Source: an uncultured Acidobacteriota bacterium (GTDB lineage: Bacteria; Acidobacteriota; Thermoanaerobaculia; Gp7-AA8). From it: 64,000 nt of DNA. Location of the stretch: positions 128,001-192,000 of the forward strand of contig CAVUKB010000005.1 in NCBI GenBank assembly GCA_963741955.1. Direction: 5' to 3'. Made by a program: the position numbers and the translations under genes. Under the pieces are notes generated by a model, which was given only the letters and a program-made list of their open reading frames with translations, ran no database searches and was not told the DNA's origin. Below, piece by piece: positions 10,111 to 20,815 of the stretch (positions are counted from its first letter, which is position 1; every line of letters begins with the position of its first letter).

Positions 10111-12537
10111 ATGCCTCACGGCCTTTCCGACTACGTGGAAGTGGCGGTCCCGATGGGCGTCCATGGGACGTTCACTTATTCGGTTCCGGACGCGCTCCGT
10201 GACGAGGTCCGCCTCGGCGCGCGCGTGGAGGTCCCGTGGGGATCCAAACGCACCACCGGTTACGTGGTCGGATTTCTCGACCAGCCGGCGATCGACGTGC
10301 GACGCATCCGCCCATTGCGTGACGTCCTCGATGACGACGAGCCGGCGCTTCTCCCCGACATCCTCGAACTCTGCCGCTGGGCGGCCGAGTATTACATCGC
10401 GCCGATCGGCGAAATGCTTCGCGTCGCTCTTCCGGCCAATATGTCGTCGACCGCGCGGAAGATCGTCTCGCTGACGCGGCAGCCCGCTCCGGCACTCCTC
10501 GAGACTCTCTCCGACCGCGAACGGGCGGTGGTCGAGCTTCTCGTCTCACGCAAGAAGCTGGAAGTGCGGAAGATCGTCGAGAGCGTCCGCGGCGCACGCG
10601 GGACACTAGCCCGTCTCGAGCAGGCGGGCCTGGTGGTGATCGCAGAGGATCTCCACGACTCCGCGGGAGTCCGTTACGATCGGCACGCTCTCCTGATGGA
10701 GGCCACGGAAGAGCTGACCCCCAAGCAGACCGAGATCGTCTCGTTCATCCGCGACGCGGGGGGTGAGGTTCCGCTGAAGGCTCTCGAGAACGCGGGGCTC
10801 AGCCGTTCCGCCGCGATGACGCTGGCCCGCAGGGGCGTGATCGCGTTCCAGGACAAGCCGCGCCGTCACACCCTGGATGCGTTTCTCTCCCGCCTCGGGC
10901 CGGCTACGGTCGGGGATCTCGTCCATACCGGAGAGCAGCGTGCCGCGATCGCTGCGATCCGCAAGTCGCTGGGAAGATTCGGAGCATTCCTCCTGCAGGG
11001 AGTGACGGGAAGCGGAAAGACCGAGGTGTACATCGAGTTGATGCGGGAAGTGGTCAGCGCCGGGAGTCAGGCGATATTTCTCGTTCCGGAGATCTCGCTC
11101 ACTCCCGTCCTCGCCGCGCGGCTGAAGGAGAGATTCGGCGAGCGGATCGCCATCCTCCACAGCGGCCTGTCGGCGAGCGAGAGGTACGACCAGTGGTGGC
11201 GCGCCCGGCGCGGTGCGGTCGATGTTGCCATCGGTCCGCGCTCCGCCCTCTTCACTCCTTTCCAGCAGCTCGGTCTGGTGATCGTCGACGAGGAGGGGGA
11301 TTCGGCGTACAAGCAGGAAGAGACGCCACGGTACAACGCGCGCGATCTCGCAGTGGTTCGTGCCCGTGCGCTCGGAATCCCCGTGGTTCTCGGGTCGGCT
11401 ACACCTTCCCTCGAGAGCAGGGAGAACGCGGCCCGGGGAAAATACGAGTTGATTCGTCTGACCCGTCGCGTCGAAGAGCGGCAGCTTCCGAATGTCGAGA
11501 TCATCGACATACGGCACGAGAAGGGGGAGAAGGAAGACCGCGGATTGATCATCTTCAGCCAGCGCATGCGGGAAGAGCTGGGACGGGTCTTCGAACGCGG
11601 AGAACAGGCGATCATCCTCATCAACCGGCGCGGCTACGCTCCGTTTCTACTCTGTCGTGAATGCGATAACGACTTCCGCTGTCGCGACTGCAGCGTGAGC
11701 CTGACTGTCCACCGCCGGCAGGGACTCCTCATCTGTCATTACTGCGGCTACCGCCGCGCGATCCCTGCGAAGTGCCCGCTCTGCAATGGTGAGGTCCTCC
11801 AGCCGATCGGATTCGGCACCGAGAAAGTCGAAGAGCGATTCCGCTCCTGGTTTCCCGAGGTCGCAGTCGACGTCGTGGACCGCGATTCGGTGCGGCGGAA
11901 AGGGGAGCTGGTGCGCATCTTCGATGGCTTCCGCCGCCGGAAGACTCAGGCGCTGATCGGGACTCAGATCATCAGTAAGGGACACGACTTCCCGGGCGTG
12001 ACACTCACGTGTGTCATCAATGCCGACTCGATCCTCGGCTTTCCCGATTTCCGCTCGGCCGAGAAGACGTTCTATCTCCTCACTCAGGTTGCCGGACGTT
12101 CAGGGCGTGGCCAGTACCCGGGATCGGTCCTGATTCAGACGGCGTTTCCGCAGCACTACGCGATCCAGCACGCCATCCATCACGATTACGAGGCCTTCTT
12201 TGCGGAGGAGATGGAATTCCGCTCGCGATTCCGCTACCCGCCGGCGAGCTCCATGATCGCGATTCTCTTTCGCGGCGAGGACGAGGCGAAGGTCGAGGCT
12301 GCCGCCCGAGAGGGGGGAGAGAGCCTGGAGCGGGAGGGAAAAGGAATCGGTGATCTCCGGATCCAGGGGCCCGCCCCCGCTCCTCTTGCGCGGATCAAGG
12401 GCGTATGGCGATACCAGATCCTCCTCCGCAGCGCACAGCGTGCAGCGCTGCGACGGGCGGTGGCTCGAACCATGACGGACCGGAAGTTCTCGGGAGTTGA
12501 CGTCGTCATCGACGTCGATCCGATCAATATTCTTTGA
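10111..12537 (+). CDS. priA: Primosomal protein N'
   Basis: GVTGSGKTEVY, DEE, SATPSLES, Cys-rich zinc region, KGHDFP, QVAGRSGR, DVDP end. Confidence 0.97.
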   Translation: MPHGLSDYVEVAVPMGVHGTFTYSVPDALRDEVRLGARVEVPWGSKRTTGYVVGFLDQPAIDVRRIRPLRDVLDDDEPALLPDILELCRWAAEYYIAPIGEMLRVALPANMSSTARKIVSLTRQPAPALLETLSDRERAVVELLVSRKKLEVRKIVESVRGARGTLARLEQAGLVVIAEDLHDSAGVRYDRHALLMEATEELTPKQTEIVSFIRDAGGEVPLKALENAGLSRSAAMTLARRGVIAFQDKPRRHTLDAFLSRLGPATVGDLVHTGEQRAAIAAIRKSLGRFGAFLLQGVTGSGKTEVYIELMREVVSAGSQAIFLVPEISLTPVLAARLKERFGERIAILHSGLSASERYDQWWRARRGAVDVAIGPRSALFTPFQQLGLVIVDEEGDSAYKQEETPRYNARDLAVVRARALGIPVVLGSATPSLESRENAARGKYELIRLTRRVEERQLPNVEIIDIRHEKGEKEDRGLIIFSQRMREELGRVFERGEQAIILINRRGYAPFLLCRECDNDFRCRDCSVSLTVHRRQGLLICHYCGYRRAIPAKCPLCNGEVLQPIGFGTEKVEERFRSWFPEVAVDVVDRDSVRRKGELVRIFDGFRRRKTQALIGTQIISKGHDFPGVTLTCVINADSILGFPDFRSAEKTFYLLTQVAGRSGRGQYPGSVLIQTAFPQHYAIQHAIHHDYEAFFAEEMEFRSRFRYPPASSMIAILFRGEDEAKVEAAAREGGESLEREGKGIGDLRIQGPAPAPLARIKGVWRYQILLRSAQRAALRRAVARTMTDRKFSGVDVVIDVDPINIL

Positions 12538-13072
12538 CCGCGACAATGACCGCTTCCGCGGCCGGCTCCCGGGGCACCGAGGCAGCCACCGAGGATTGAT
12601 TGGCGGCGTTTTCGTAGAGCTTCTCATACGAGTCCGGGTCGATCTCCATGGCGAGCGGAAGTGCTTCCCGGAAGTGGAATGAGATCACCAGCACCGAGGC
12701 GAAGATCACTTCTCCGCGGGAGCGCTCCATCAGGTGAAATGCAGCCCGGCGCCGGAACGATCCGGAGTCGAGAGAGCTCAGAGAATCGATTGCCGCGTGA
12801 AAGGCACGGTCGACTCTCTGCCGGAGGGGTACGTCGTTTCTGAAGCGGGCCCGGCCGGCGATCGAGGCAATTCGCTCGATCTCTTCCGCGATCCGTGTGA
12901 GATGGCGTTCGATCTCCGACCCTGCCGAATCTCCCGGAGGAATCGATTCCAGCAGGTGCAGCAGGTGCTCCGCCCTTCGCCGGAAGTCGATGCGGAGCTT
13001 GTCGACGATGAACGAGAGCTGGGGCACCTGCCGCATTTCCTCGTTCGTCGGGTTGGTTTCGAGTGTCATCAT
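12524..13072 (-). CDS. Hypothetical helical protein
   Basis: 182-aa ORF with AGGAG RBS filling the priA-accA gap; no family recognised. Confidence 0.6.
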   Translation of the reverse strand: MMTLETNPTNEEMRQVPQLSFIVDKLRIDFRRRAEHLLHLLESIPPGDSAGSEIERHLTRIAEEIERIASIAGRARFRNDVPLRQRVDRAFHAAIDSLSSLDSGSFRRRAAFHLMERSRGEVIFASVLVISFHFREALPLAMEIDPDSYEKLYENAANQSSVAASVPREPAAEAVIVAVKEY

Positions 13073-13158
13073 CTCCTGGTCCGCGTCAGCGGTTGTGGCC
13101 GCGTCCGCTCAATCTGCGACATTGACCGCGAACGCGCCATTTGCTAGCGTCCCGCTGC

Positions 13159-14109
13159 ATGAGTAGTGACTTGATGCAGTTTGAAGAACCGCTCGCCCAG
13201 ATCCGCCAGCGAATCGAGACACTGATGAGCTCCGAGACGGATCGGGACGAAGCTCAGCTTCGTGAACTGCGGAGCAAGCTTACCAGAGTCTCCAGCGAGA
13301 TCTACTCGAATCTGACTCCCTGGCAGAAGACACTCGTTGCCCGGCACTCGAATCGTCCGTACACACTCGACATCGTGAACTTCCTCTTCGAGGACTTCAT
13401 GGAGGTCCATGGCGACCGTAATTTCGGCGACGATCCGGCGATCATCTGCGGCTTCGCAACCTTCAACGGGCAGCCGTGCGCGGTGATCGGTCACCAGAAG
13501 GGGCGGGACACGAAGGAGAAGATCTACCGCAACTTCGGCATGCCGCGACCCGAAGGGTACCGAAAGGCGCTGCGGGTGATGAAGCTCGCAGAGAAGTTCC
13601 GCCGCCCGATCTTCACCTTCATCGACACTCCGGGAGCTTATCCCGGAGTCGGAGCCGAGGAGCGTGGGCAGGCCGAGGCCATTGCGGTCAATCTCGAGGA
13701 GATGTCTCGACTCACCGTTCCGATCGTCGCCACCGTCACCGGCGAGGGAGGAAGCGGAGGTGCGCTCGCTCTCGGCGTCGGTGACCGGGTGTTCATGCTG
13801 CAGCACGCGATCTATTCCGTCATCTCGCCCGAAGGCTGCGCTGCGATTCTCTGGAAAGACCCCTCGGCCGCACAGACCGCCGCACAGGCGATGCGGATCA
13901 CGGCTCAGGATCTGAAGGAGCTCCAGGTGATCGACGAAGTGATCCCGGAACCGCCGGGTGGCGCGCACACCGATCACGCCACCACGATGGAGCTCCTCCG
14001 TCCGTACCTCGAGAAGGCGCTGAAAGAGCTGATGAAGCTCAAGCCGGCGCAGCTCCCCGAAGAGCGATACAAGAAGTTCCGGCGCATGGGATCGTTCGAG
14101 AAGGGGTGA
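13159..14109 (+). CDS. accA: Acetyl-CoA carboxylase carboxyltransferase alpha
   Basis: GHQKGRDTKE, RNFGMPRPEGYRKALR, GEGGSGGAL, YSVISPEGCA. Confidence 0.98.
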   Translation: MSSDLMQFEEPLAQIRQRIETLMSSETDRDEAQLRELRSKLTRVSSEIYSNLTPWQKTLVARHSNRPYTLDIVNFLFEDFMEVHGDRNFGDDPAIICGFATFNGQPCAVIGHQKGRDTKEKIYRNFGMPRPEGYRKALRVMKLAEKFRRPIFTFIDTPGAYPGVGAEERGQAEAIAVNLEEMSRLTVPIVATVTGEGGSGGALALGVGDRVFMLQHAIYSVISPEGCAAILWKDPSAAQTAAQAMRITAQDLKELQVIDEVIPEPPGGAHTDHATTMELLRPYLEKALKELMKLKPAQLPEERYKKFRRMGSFEKG

Positions 14110-15836
14110 TGCTCCCTCTCCACGACGCGTGGGTCCGGTCCGGCGACGGTGCCGGCTCAGACGCACATATCCCGCTCGCACAGGCTTCGCTCCGGGCCGT
14201 GCTCCTCAGGCGCGGAGTCGTCGACGCGGAATCGTACCGCCGCTTCGTTTCGCCGACTCTCGACGACCTCCACGATCCGGTCACCATCCACGGGATCGAG
14301 CCCGCCTGCGATCGAATCGAGCGCGCCATCCGTGACCGCGAGCCGATCCTGATCTACGGCGATTACGACGTCGACGGCGTCACCTCCATCGTTCTCCTCC
14401 GCACCGTGATTCGTGCCCTCGGCGGAAATGTCGATCACGTGGTTCCTCACCGCCTGATCGACGGCTACGGCCTGAAGACCGAAGTGATCGACCGGGTCCT
14501 CGCAGAGCGTAACGTGCGGCTGGTGGTGACGGTGGATTGCGGCATCAGCTCGGTCGAGCCGGTGGAGCACGCGATCGAGCGCGGCATCGACGTCATCATC
14601 ACCGACCACCATCTCCCTCCCGGAACGCTTCCCGACGCGGCAGCGGTGCTGAACCCGAAACAGGACGGCTGCACCTATCCGTTCAAGGACCTCGCCGGAG
14701 TGGGAGTCGCTTTCAAGCTCTGTTGCCGTCTGCTGACCCGGGCCGGTCACCGGATGTCCGTCGGCTCACTCCTCAAGATCGCGGCGATCGGCACGATTGC
14801 AGACGTCGCTCCGCTGATCGGCGAGAATCGCACCATCGCGCAGCTCGGCCTGGCGGGACTGGCTGACCCACGCAATCCCGGCCTTCGCGCGTTGTTTCGG
14901 AGTCTCAAGCTCTACGGCCGCCCTCTTTCGTCGTTCGACATCGGGTTCCGGATAGGCCCGCGGATCAATGCCGCCGGACGTCTCGCCTCGGCGGATACTG
15001 CAATCCGCCTCTTCAGCGTCCGGAGCGAAGAGGAGGCGCGACCACTGATCGCAGAGCTCGAGCATCTCAACGGCGAGAGGCGACGACTCGAAAGAGCGCT
15101 GCTCGAAGAGGCGGAAGAACAGATCGCGGAACAGGCGGATTCGCGTGTCATCGTGGTCGCCTCCCCGAACTGGCATCGAGGGGTGGTCGGCCTCTGTGCC
15201 GGCCGCATCGCGCAGACGCATCATCGCCCCGCGTTGGTTCTCTCGATCGACGGTGATCTCGCCGTCGGCTCCGGACGCAGCGTTCCGGCGGTGAATCTCC
15301 ACAGCCAGCTCGAGAAGATGAGAGACCTTTTCGACCATTTCGGCGGTCACGACTTCGCATGCGGATTCTCGTTGCCGTCCGCGCGAGTGCCGGAGCTCCG
15401 CCGCCGCGCTGGAGAGATCTTCGGAGCACTCCCGGACGATTGCTTCGTCCGCAGCATCGAGGTCGACGCGACACTTCCGCTGGAAGAGATCGATCGCGAA
15501 TGGCTCGACGCTCACGCGTTGCTGGAGCCGTTCGGACAATCGAACCGGCAACCGGTATTTCACGCGGCCGGCGTCGGGATCTCCGCTCTTCGCGAATTCG
15601 CTCCGGAATGTCACGCGCTCAGCGTGAAACAGGATGGTGCGACCCGTTCCGGAGTTCTCTGGCCCGCGCGTCGCGAACTGCTCGACGCTTGTCGCGGGAA
15701 CGGAGTGTACGACGTCCTCTTCCACATCGAGGGCGATCGCTGGTCGGCGGACGGGCTGCGCCTCGAGCTCCTCGATGCGGCCCCTTCGGGCACGGTTCCT
15801 GTGAGGAACGAAAAGCCCATTCCCGCTGTTGAATAG
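14106..15836 (+). CDS. recJ: ssDNA exonuclease RecJ
   Basis: YGDYDVDG, TDHH, GTIADV, PRINAAGR, GSGRS, GGH, PFG..N motifs. Confidence 0.96.
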   Translation: MMLPLHDAWVRSGDGAGSDAHIPLAQASLRAVLLRRGVVDAESYRRFVSPTLDDLHDPVTIHGIEPACDRIERAIRDREPILIYGDYDVDGVTSIVLLRTVIRALGGNVDHVVPHRLIDGYGLKTEVIDRVLAERNVRLVVTVDCGISSVEPVEHAIERGIDVIITDHHLPPGTLPDAAAVLNPKQDGCTYPFKDLAGVGVAFKLCCRLLTRAGHRMSVGSLLKIAAIGTIADVAPLIGENRTIAQLGLAGLADPRNPGLRALFRSLKLYGRPLSSFDIGFRIGPRINAAGRLASADTAIRLFSVRSEEEARPLIAELEHLNGERRRLERALLEEAEEQIAEQADSRVIVVASPNWHRGVVGLCAGRIAQTHHRPALVLSIDGDLAVGSGRSVPAVNLHSQLEKMRDLFDHFGGHDFACGFSLPSARVPELRRRAGEIFGALPDDCFVRSIEVDATLPLEEIDREWLDAHALLEPFGQSNRQPVFHAAGVGISALREFAPECHALSVKQDGATRSGVLWPARRELLDACRGNGVYDVLFHIEGDRWSADGLRLELLDAAPSGTVPVRNEKPIPAVE

Positions 15837-15847
15837 AGCGCCAGTTC

Positions 15848-17827
15848 ATGCAACGAACCGTACGTTTTCTTCGTATCGCACTTCCGGTTGCGTTCGTCGG
15901 ATTCCTTCTCCTTCTCGTCTTCAGCTATTCGCCCCGCCGGAGTGTCGAGCGGAGTGGAGGGGAGCCGGTCAGATCCGATGTTCGACCGGGCGATAAACCG
16001 CGTCTGGTCGCTTCGACCTTCGAAGACACTCAGACGATCGGGGGGCGGGTCGTCTCGCGGATCCGTGCACGGCGCACCACCGGATTCGAATCCGGATGGT
16101 ACGCGCTGGAGGACGTGCACCTCACGCTGTACCGGGAGGGGGGACTCACGTACGAGGTCTCCTGTGAACAGGCACAGTTCCAGGCCGAAACGAAGGAAGC
16201 CGAAGCGAAGGGAAACGTCAGGATCACTTCGAGCGACGGGCTGGAGGTCTCCACCGAATCGATCCGTTACGACGGCACCCGGGTGGTGAACCGGATCCCG
16301 GTCCGGTTCAGTATCGACCAGTGGCATGGGCGCGCGGGAGGTCTCGATCTCGACGTCGCCGGCGATACCGTGCATCTCGTGGACGGAATCACTGCGACCT
16401 CGACGCCGGCTGTTCCCTCCGAGCCGCCACTGGAGCTCACCGCACAACTGGCGATCTTCCATCGCGCGAGCTCACAGGTCGAGTTCCATCAGGATGTCGT
16501 CCTCACACGCGCGACGGACCGGCTCCGATCCGACGCGATGACTGCACGACTCGATCAGAACCATCATCAGATCGTCGCACTCGCGGGCGACGGAAACGTG
16601 GCTATCCGGCTGATGCCCGGGAACACTCTTTCGGCGAATCCGTCGCCTCCGGCGAACACCAGGATCGACGCGGAGAAGTATTTCGTCGAGTTCGGAGGCG
16701 ACGGTTCGGTTGCCGCGTTCGACGTGGTCGGCGAGCAGATTCCGGCGCATGCACTCTTCCAGGGCGTTCCGCAGCGGGAAGTCTTCGCCCGACAGTTCCG
16801 GCTGGGAGTCGCGAACGGCCGGGCGACGGACGTGAAGGCGACCGGGAAGGTCCGATTCCAGGAGCTCGGAAGCATTCCGCGGGTGATCACCGCGGACGAG
16901 ATGACCGTCTTTCTCGACAAGAACACCGGCCAGCCTCTGACCTCCGTCATCGCGGGCAATCTCCACTACCGCGATCCGAAGACCGAGGCGACGGGGGAGA
17001 GGGCGAATTACGACATTCCGGGCGACCACGTGGTTCTGACCGCGGTTGCGGGTAGCGAGCCGACCGTGACCTCCGACGGGCAGCTGCTGAAGGCGGTCAA
17101 GCTCGAGATCGCTCCCAAACGGGGCGTGGTGAAAGGATCGGGACAGGTGCTCGCGACCCTGAAACAGAAGGGTCAGAGCTCGATTGCTCCCTCCGGTGGC
17201 ATCTTCGATCCGAACGGTCAACCGGTGTTCGTCAACTCCGACTCGATTCTGATGAATCAGTCGGAGCGCAGCGCGGTCTTCACCGGGAACGTGCGGGCGT
17301 GGCAGGGAAGGAATACTCTCTTCGCGGAGGAGCTGCGGTTGACCGGAGGAGGAGACGAGCTGCAGGCCCGTGGGAACGTGAGGACGGTCCTGTACAATGC
17401 CGGCACCGGCGAACCGAGTGCGGCGCCGGTGACCACGCGCAGCAACACCATGGTGGCCAGAAAAGCGGATCAAAAGATCGATCTGCAGGGTCAGGTGACG
17501 ATTGACGACGGACTTCGCAGGATGACGGCCGACCGGGCGAGCTTCTTCCTCGGGGCGGATCGCAAGCTTCAGCGTATCGAAGCGAATGCGAACCTGACCA
17601 TGGTGGAACGGGCGACGAATCGGAAAGCCGCAGGGGACCGCGCCGTCTACCGGCTCGACCAGAAGAAAGTGATGTTGTACGGTTCTCCCGCGGAGATCAC
17701 CGATCCGGAGGGAACGGTGAAGGGAGCGGAGATCATTCTCGATCTGGTCTCGAACAAGGTCGAGGTCGCGAGCGGGGAGAAGCCCACCGAGGCGACGTAC
17801 AAACCGAAATCGGGCGAGAAGTCGTGA
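15848..17827 (+). CDS. LptC-LptA fusion-type LPS bridge protein
   Basis: N-terminal TM anchor then repeated beta-jellyroll-like segments ([19 protein letters not shown]); directly upstream of lptB. Confidence 0.8.
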   Translation: MQRTVRFLRIALPVAFVGFLLLLVFSYSPRRSVERSGGEPVRSDVRPGDKPRLVASTFEDTQTIGGRVVSRIRARRTTGFESGWYALEDVHLTLYREGGLTYEVSCEQAQFQAETKEAEAKGNVRITSSDGLEVSTESIRYDGTRVVNRIPVRFSIDQWHGRAGGLDLDVAGDTVHLVDGITATSTPAVPSEPPLELTAQLAIFHRASSQVEFHQDVVLTRATDRLRSDAMTARLDQNHHQIVALAGDGNVAIRLMPGNTLSANPSPPANTRIDAEKYFVEFGGDGSVAAFDVVGEQIPAHALFQGVPQREVFARQFRLGVANGRATDVKATGKVRFQELGSIPRVITADEMTVFLDKNTGQPLTSVIAGNLHYRDPKTEATGERANYDIPGDHVVLTAVAGSEPTVTSDGQLLKAVKLEIAPKRGVVKGSGQVLATLKQKGQSSIAPSGGIFDPNGQPVFVNSDSILMNQSERSAVFTGNVRAWQGRNTLFAEELRLTGGGDELQARGNVRTVLYNAGTGEPSAAPVTTRSNTMVARKADQKIDLQGQVTIDDGLRRMTADRASFFLGADRKLQRIEANANLTMVERATNRKAAGDRAVYRLDQKKVMLYGSPAEITDPEGTVKGAEIILDLVSNKVEVASGEKPTEATYKPKSGEKS

Positions 17828-18618
17828 AAATGGACGAAGGAACGATCAGCCGGAGTGTCGCGGCGGTGGACGAGCTGGAACCGAAGGCGCCGCGTCTTCG
17901 GCTGGCGACGGAAAACCTGGTCAAGGTCTACCGCCGGCGAAAGGTCGTCCGCGACGTCTCGATCGAGATCCTCCAGGGGGAGATCGTCGGACTCCTGGGG
18001 CCGAACGGAGCCGGGAAGACCACGACCTTCTACATGGTGGTCGGTCTGACCCAGCCGGACGGCGGGAGCGTCTACCTCGGGGACGAGGAGATCACGTCTC
18101 TCCCGATGTTCCTCCGCGCTCAGCTCGGGATCAGCTACCTTCCGCAGGAGGCGTCGATCTTCAGGAAGCTGACCGTCGAACAGAACCTCCTCGCGGTATT
18201 CGAAACGATGAATCTTCCACTCGCGGAACGGGAGCGACGGACCCAGAAACTGCTCGAAGAATTCGGAATCGCACATATCGCGAAGAACCGCGGATACGCG
18301 CTGTCGGGCGGCGAGAGGAGGCGTGTGGAGATCGCGAGAAGTCTCGCAATCAACCCGGCATTCATCTTGCTAGATGAACCCTTCGCCGGGATCGATCCGA
18401 TCGCGGTTCTTGATATCCAGCGCATCGTCTCGCAGCTTCGCGACCGGGGTATCGGAATCCTCATCACGGATCATAACGTCCGGGAAACATTGAAGATCAC
18501 CGACCGCGCCTATATCATTAAAGAGGGCGAGATCTTTCGTCAGGGGGATCCGGAAAGCCTTTCATCGGACGCGGAAGTACGAAGGATCTATCTTGGTGAG
18601 AGCTTCAATCTGAGCTGA
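17824..18618 (+). CDS. lptB: LPS export ABC ATPase
   Basis: [51 protein letters not shown]. Confidence 0.97.
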   Translation: MKMDEGTISRSVAAVDELEPKAPRLRLATENLVKVYRRRKVVRDVSIEILQGEIVGLLGPNGAGKTTTFYMVVGLTQPDGGSVYLGDEEITSLPMFLRAQLGISYLPQEASIFRKLTVEQNLLAVFETMNLPLAERERRTQKLLEEFGIAHIAKNRGYALSGGERRRVEIARSLAINPAFILLDEPFAGIDPIAVLDIQRIVSQLRDRGIGILITDHNVRETLKITDRAYIIKEGEIFRQGDPESLSSDAEVRRIYLGESFNLS

Positions 18619-18666
18619 GCCGGACCGTACCAGAACATCAAATAACTTGCTTCGCAAGCAGACACG

Positions 18667-20118
18667 ATGGCACTTGAACAGAAACTTCATCTGAGGCTCT
18701 CGCAGAAGCTGATCATGACGCCTTCGCTGCAGCAGGCGATCAAGCTGCTGCAGTTGAGCAAGCTCGAACTGCAGGAAGTTCTCAATCAGGAGCTTCTGGA
18801 GAATCCTCTTCTGGAAGAGAACTCCGAAGAGATCAAGACCGAAGACAGCGAGAACGAACAGAAGACCGAAGAGCCGGCCGAGGCGAAAACGGAATCGAAC
18901 GAGAAGGAACAGGACGAGCAGAAGGACTCCTTCGACGAGATCGACTACGACGCCTACTTCCAGGATTACATCGACTACGGCTACAACCCGCGCATGACCG
19001 AGCAGTACGAGGAAGTGCCGATCGAGAATACGCTCTCCCGCCCTCCGGACCTCGCCGATCACCTCACCTGGCAGCTCTCCATGTCCGACGCCTCGCCCCG
19101 GACCAAGGACGTGGCGAACTTCCTGATCGGAAACATCGACGAAGACGGATACCTCCGCGCGACCGACGAAGAGGTGGTGCGGGTCGGGAAATACACCCAG
19201 GAGGAATGCGACGAAGCGATCCGGTTGATCCAGTCCTTCGATCCGATCGGCATCGGAGCCCGGAATCTCCGCGAGTGCCTCCTCCTGCAGGTCGACCGAC
19301 TGGAGGGGGAGAATGAATTGGTGAGAGTGGTCCTCAGCGACCACTGGGACCTCTTCATGAACCGGCAGTTCGTGCAGCTGGCCAAGGCGATCGGTATCGA
19401 GCTGAAGGATCTCGAGGCCGTGGTGGAGACGATCAAGAGTCTCGATCCGAAGCCGGGACGGCGCTACAGCAGCGAGCGTGCGATCTACGTCGAGCCCGAC
19501 GTTCACGTTCAGAAGGTCGGCGACGAATACGTGATCATTCTCAACGAGGATGGAATGCCGAAGCTCCGGATCAACGGAAGCTATCGTCAGATGCTGCACA
19601 GCATGGACTCGAAGAAGGATGGAGAGACGGTCAACTACATCAAGGAGAAGATCCGTTCCGCGGTGTGGCTGATCAAATCGCTCGACCAGCGCCAGCGGAC
19701 CATCTACAAGGTGGCCGAGTCGATCGTGAAGCACCAGCGAGAGTTTCTCGACCGTGGGATCGAACATCTCCGCCCCCTGGTTCTTCGCGACGTCGCCGAC
19801 GACATCCAGATGCACGAATCCACCGTCTCGCGCGTGGTGTCGAACAAGTACATGCACACCCCGCGCGGGCTCTTTCTGATGAAGTATTTCTTCCACAGCG
19901 GAATCGATTCGGATTCAGGAGAAGACATCTCGAGCCTGACCGTGAAACGGAAGATCCAGATGTTCATCGCGGCCGAAGACCCGCGGAAGCCTCTCTCCGA
20001 TTCGAAGATCATGAAGATCCTCAACGAGGAGGGCATCAATATCGCGCGACGCACCGTGGCCAAGTACCGCGACGAGCTCAATATCCCTTCATCGACCGAC
20101 CGGAAACAGATATTCTGA
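18667..20118 (+). CDS. rpoN: RNA polymerase sigma-54
   Basis: Q-rich region I, HESTVSR, RpoN box ARRTVAKYR. Confidence 0.98.
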   Translation: MALEQKLHLRLSQKLIMTPSLQQAIKLLQLSKLELQEVLNQELLENPLLEENSEEIKTEDSENEQKTEEPAEAKTESNEKEQDEQKDSFDEIDYDAYFQDYIDYGYNPRMTEQYEEVPIENTLSRPPDLADHLTWQLSMSDASPRTKDVANFLIGNIDEDGYLRATDEEVVRVGKYTQEECDEAIRLIQSFDPIGIGARNLRECLLLQVDRLEGENELVRVVLSDHWDLFMNRQFVQLAKAIGIELKDLEAVVETIKSLDPKPGRRYSSERAIYVEPDVHVQKVGDEYVIILNEDGMPKLRINGSYRQMLHSMDSKKDGETVNYIKEKIRSAVWLIKSLDQRQRTIYKVAESIVKHQREFLDRGIEHLRPLVLRDVADDIQMHESTVSRVVSNKYMHTPRGLFLMKYFFHSGIDSDSGEDISSLTVKRKIQMFIAAEDPRKPLSDSKIMKILNEEGINIARRTVAKYRDELNIPSSTDRKQIF

Positions 20119-20165
20119 GTAGTGCCGTGGATCCGCGGATTCAGGACGCGAGACGGGAGGCGTAG

Positions 20166-20711
20166 ATGAACATCGAAATCTCGGGCCGAAACTACGAAGT
20201 CAACGATCGGGTACGGGAACTGATCACCAAGAGGCTCGACAAGGTTACGAAATACTTTCAGGACATCATCGAGATCCGCTGCGTTCTGAACGTCGAGAAA
20301 TATCGCAACATCTGCGAGATCATCATCATCGGGAAAAACTACGACGCGAAGTCGTCGCAGGAAGCGACCACGATGGAAGACGCGATCGTCTCGACCATCG
20401 ACCACCTGAAAATCCAGGCCCAGAAGAACCGGAAGAAGATCACCGACCATCATCGCGGCGAGAAGACTCCGACCGAGAGCTGGGAGGTTCAGGTGGTCGA
20501 GTCCACGAGCCTTCGCGGAACACAGGCCGACCGCCGCGTCATCCAGGTCGACAACATTCCGATCCGACCGATGTCGGTGGAGCAGGCGGCAATGCTCCTC
20601 GATGACTCGAGGAACGATTTCATCGTCTTTCGCGACCTCGACACCGAGCGGGTCACGGTCATCTACAAGCGGCGCGACCGCAACCTGGGGCTGATCTCGC
20701 CTCAGTTCTGA
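20166..20711 (+). CDS. hpf: Long ribosome hibernation factor (HPF/RaiA)
   Basis: S30AE domain plus PMSVEQA...FIVFRD...VIYKR C-domain; follows rpoN. Confidence 0.92.
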   Translation: MNIEISGRNYEVNDRVRELITKRLDKVTKYFQDIIEIRCVLNVEKYRNICEIIIIGKNYDAKSSQEATTMEDAIVSTIDHLKIQAQKNRKKITDHHRGEKTPTESWEVQVVESTSLRGTQADRRVIQVDNIPIRPMSVEQAAMLLDDSRNDFIVFRDLDTERVTVIYKRRDRNLGLISPQF

Positions 20712-20733
20712 CTCCTCACTCCGGTATGCAGCA

Positions 20734-20767
20734 GAGAGGCGCGGATTCTCCGCGCCTCTCTTTTTTT
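20734..20767 (+). terminator. Rho-independent terminator after hpf
   Basis: GAGAGGCGCGGA-ttc-TCCGCGCCTCTC followed by T7. Confidence 0.85.
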
Positions 20768-20815
20768 CTGCTCGTCCCGCGAAACTGTTACGATTTCCCT
20801 CAGGAGCCGCGCCGC

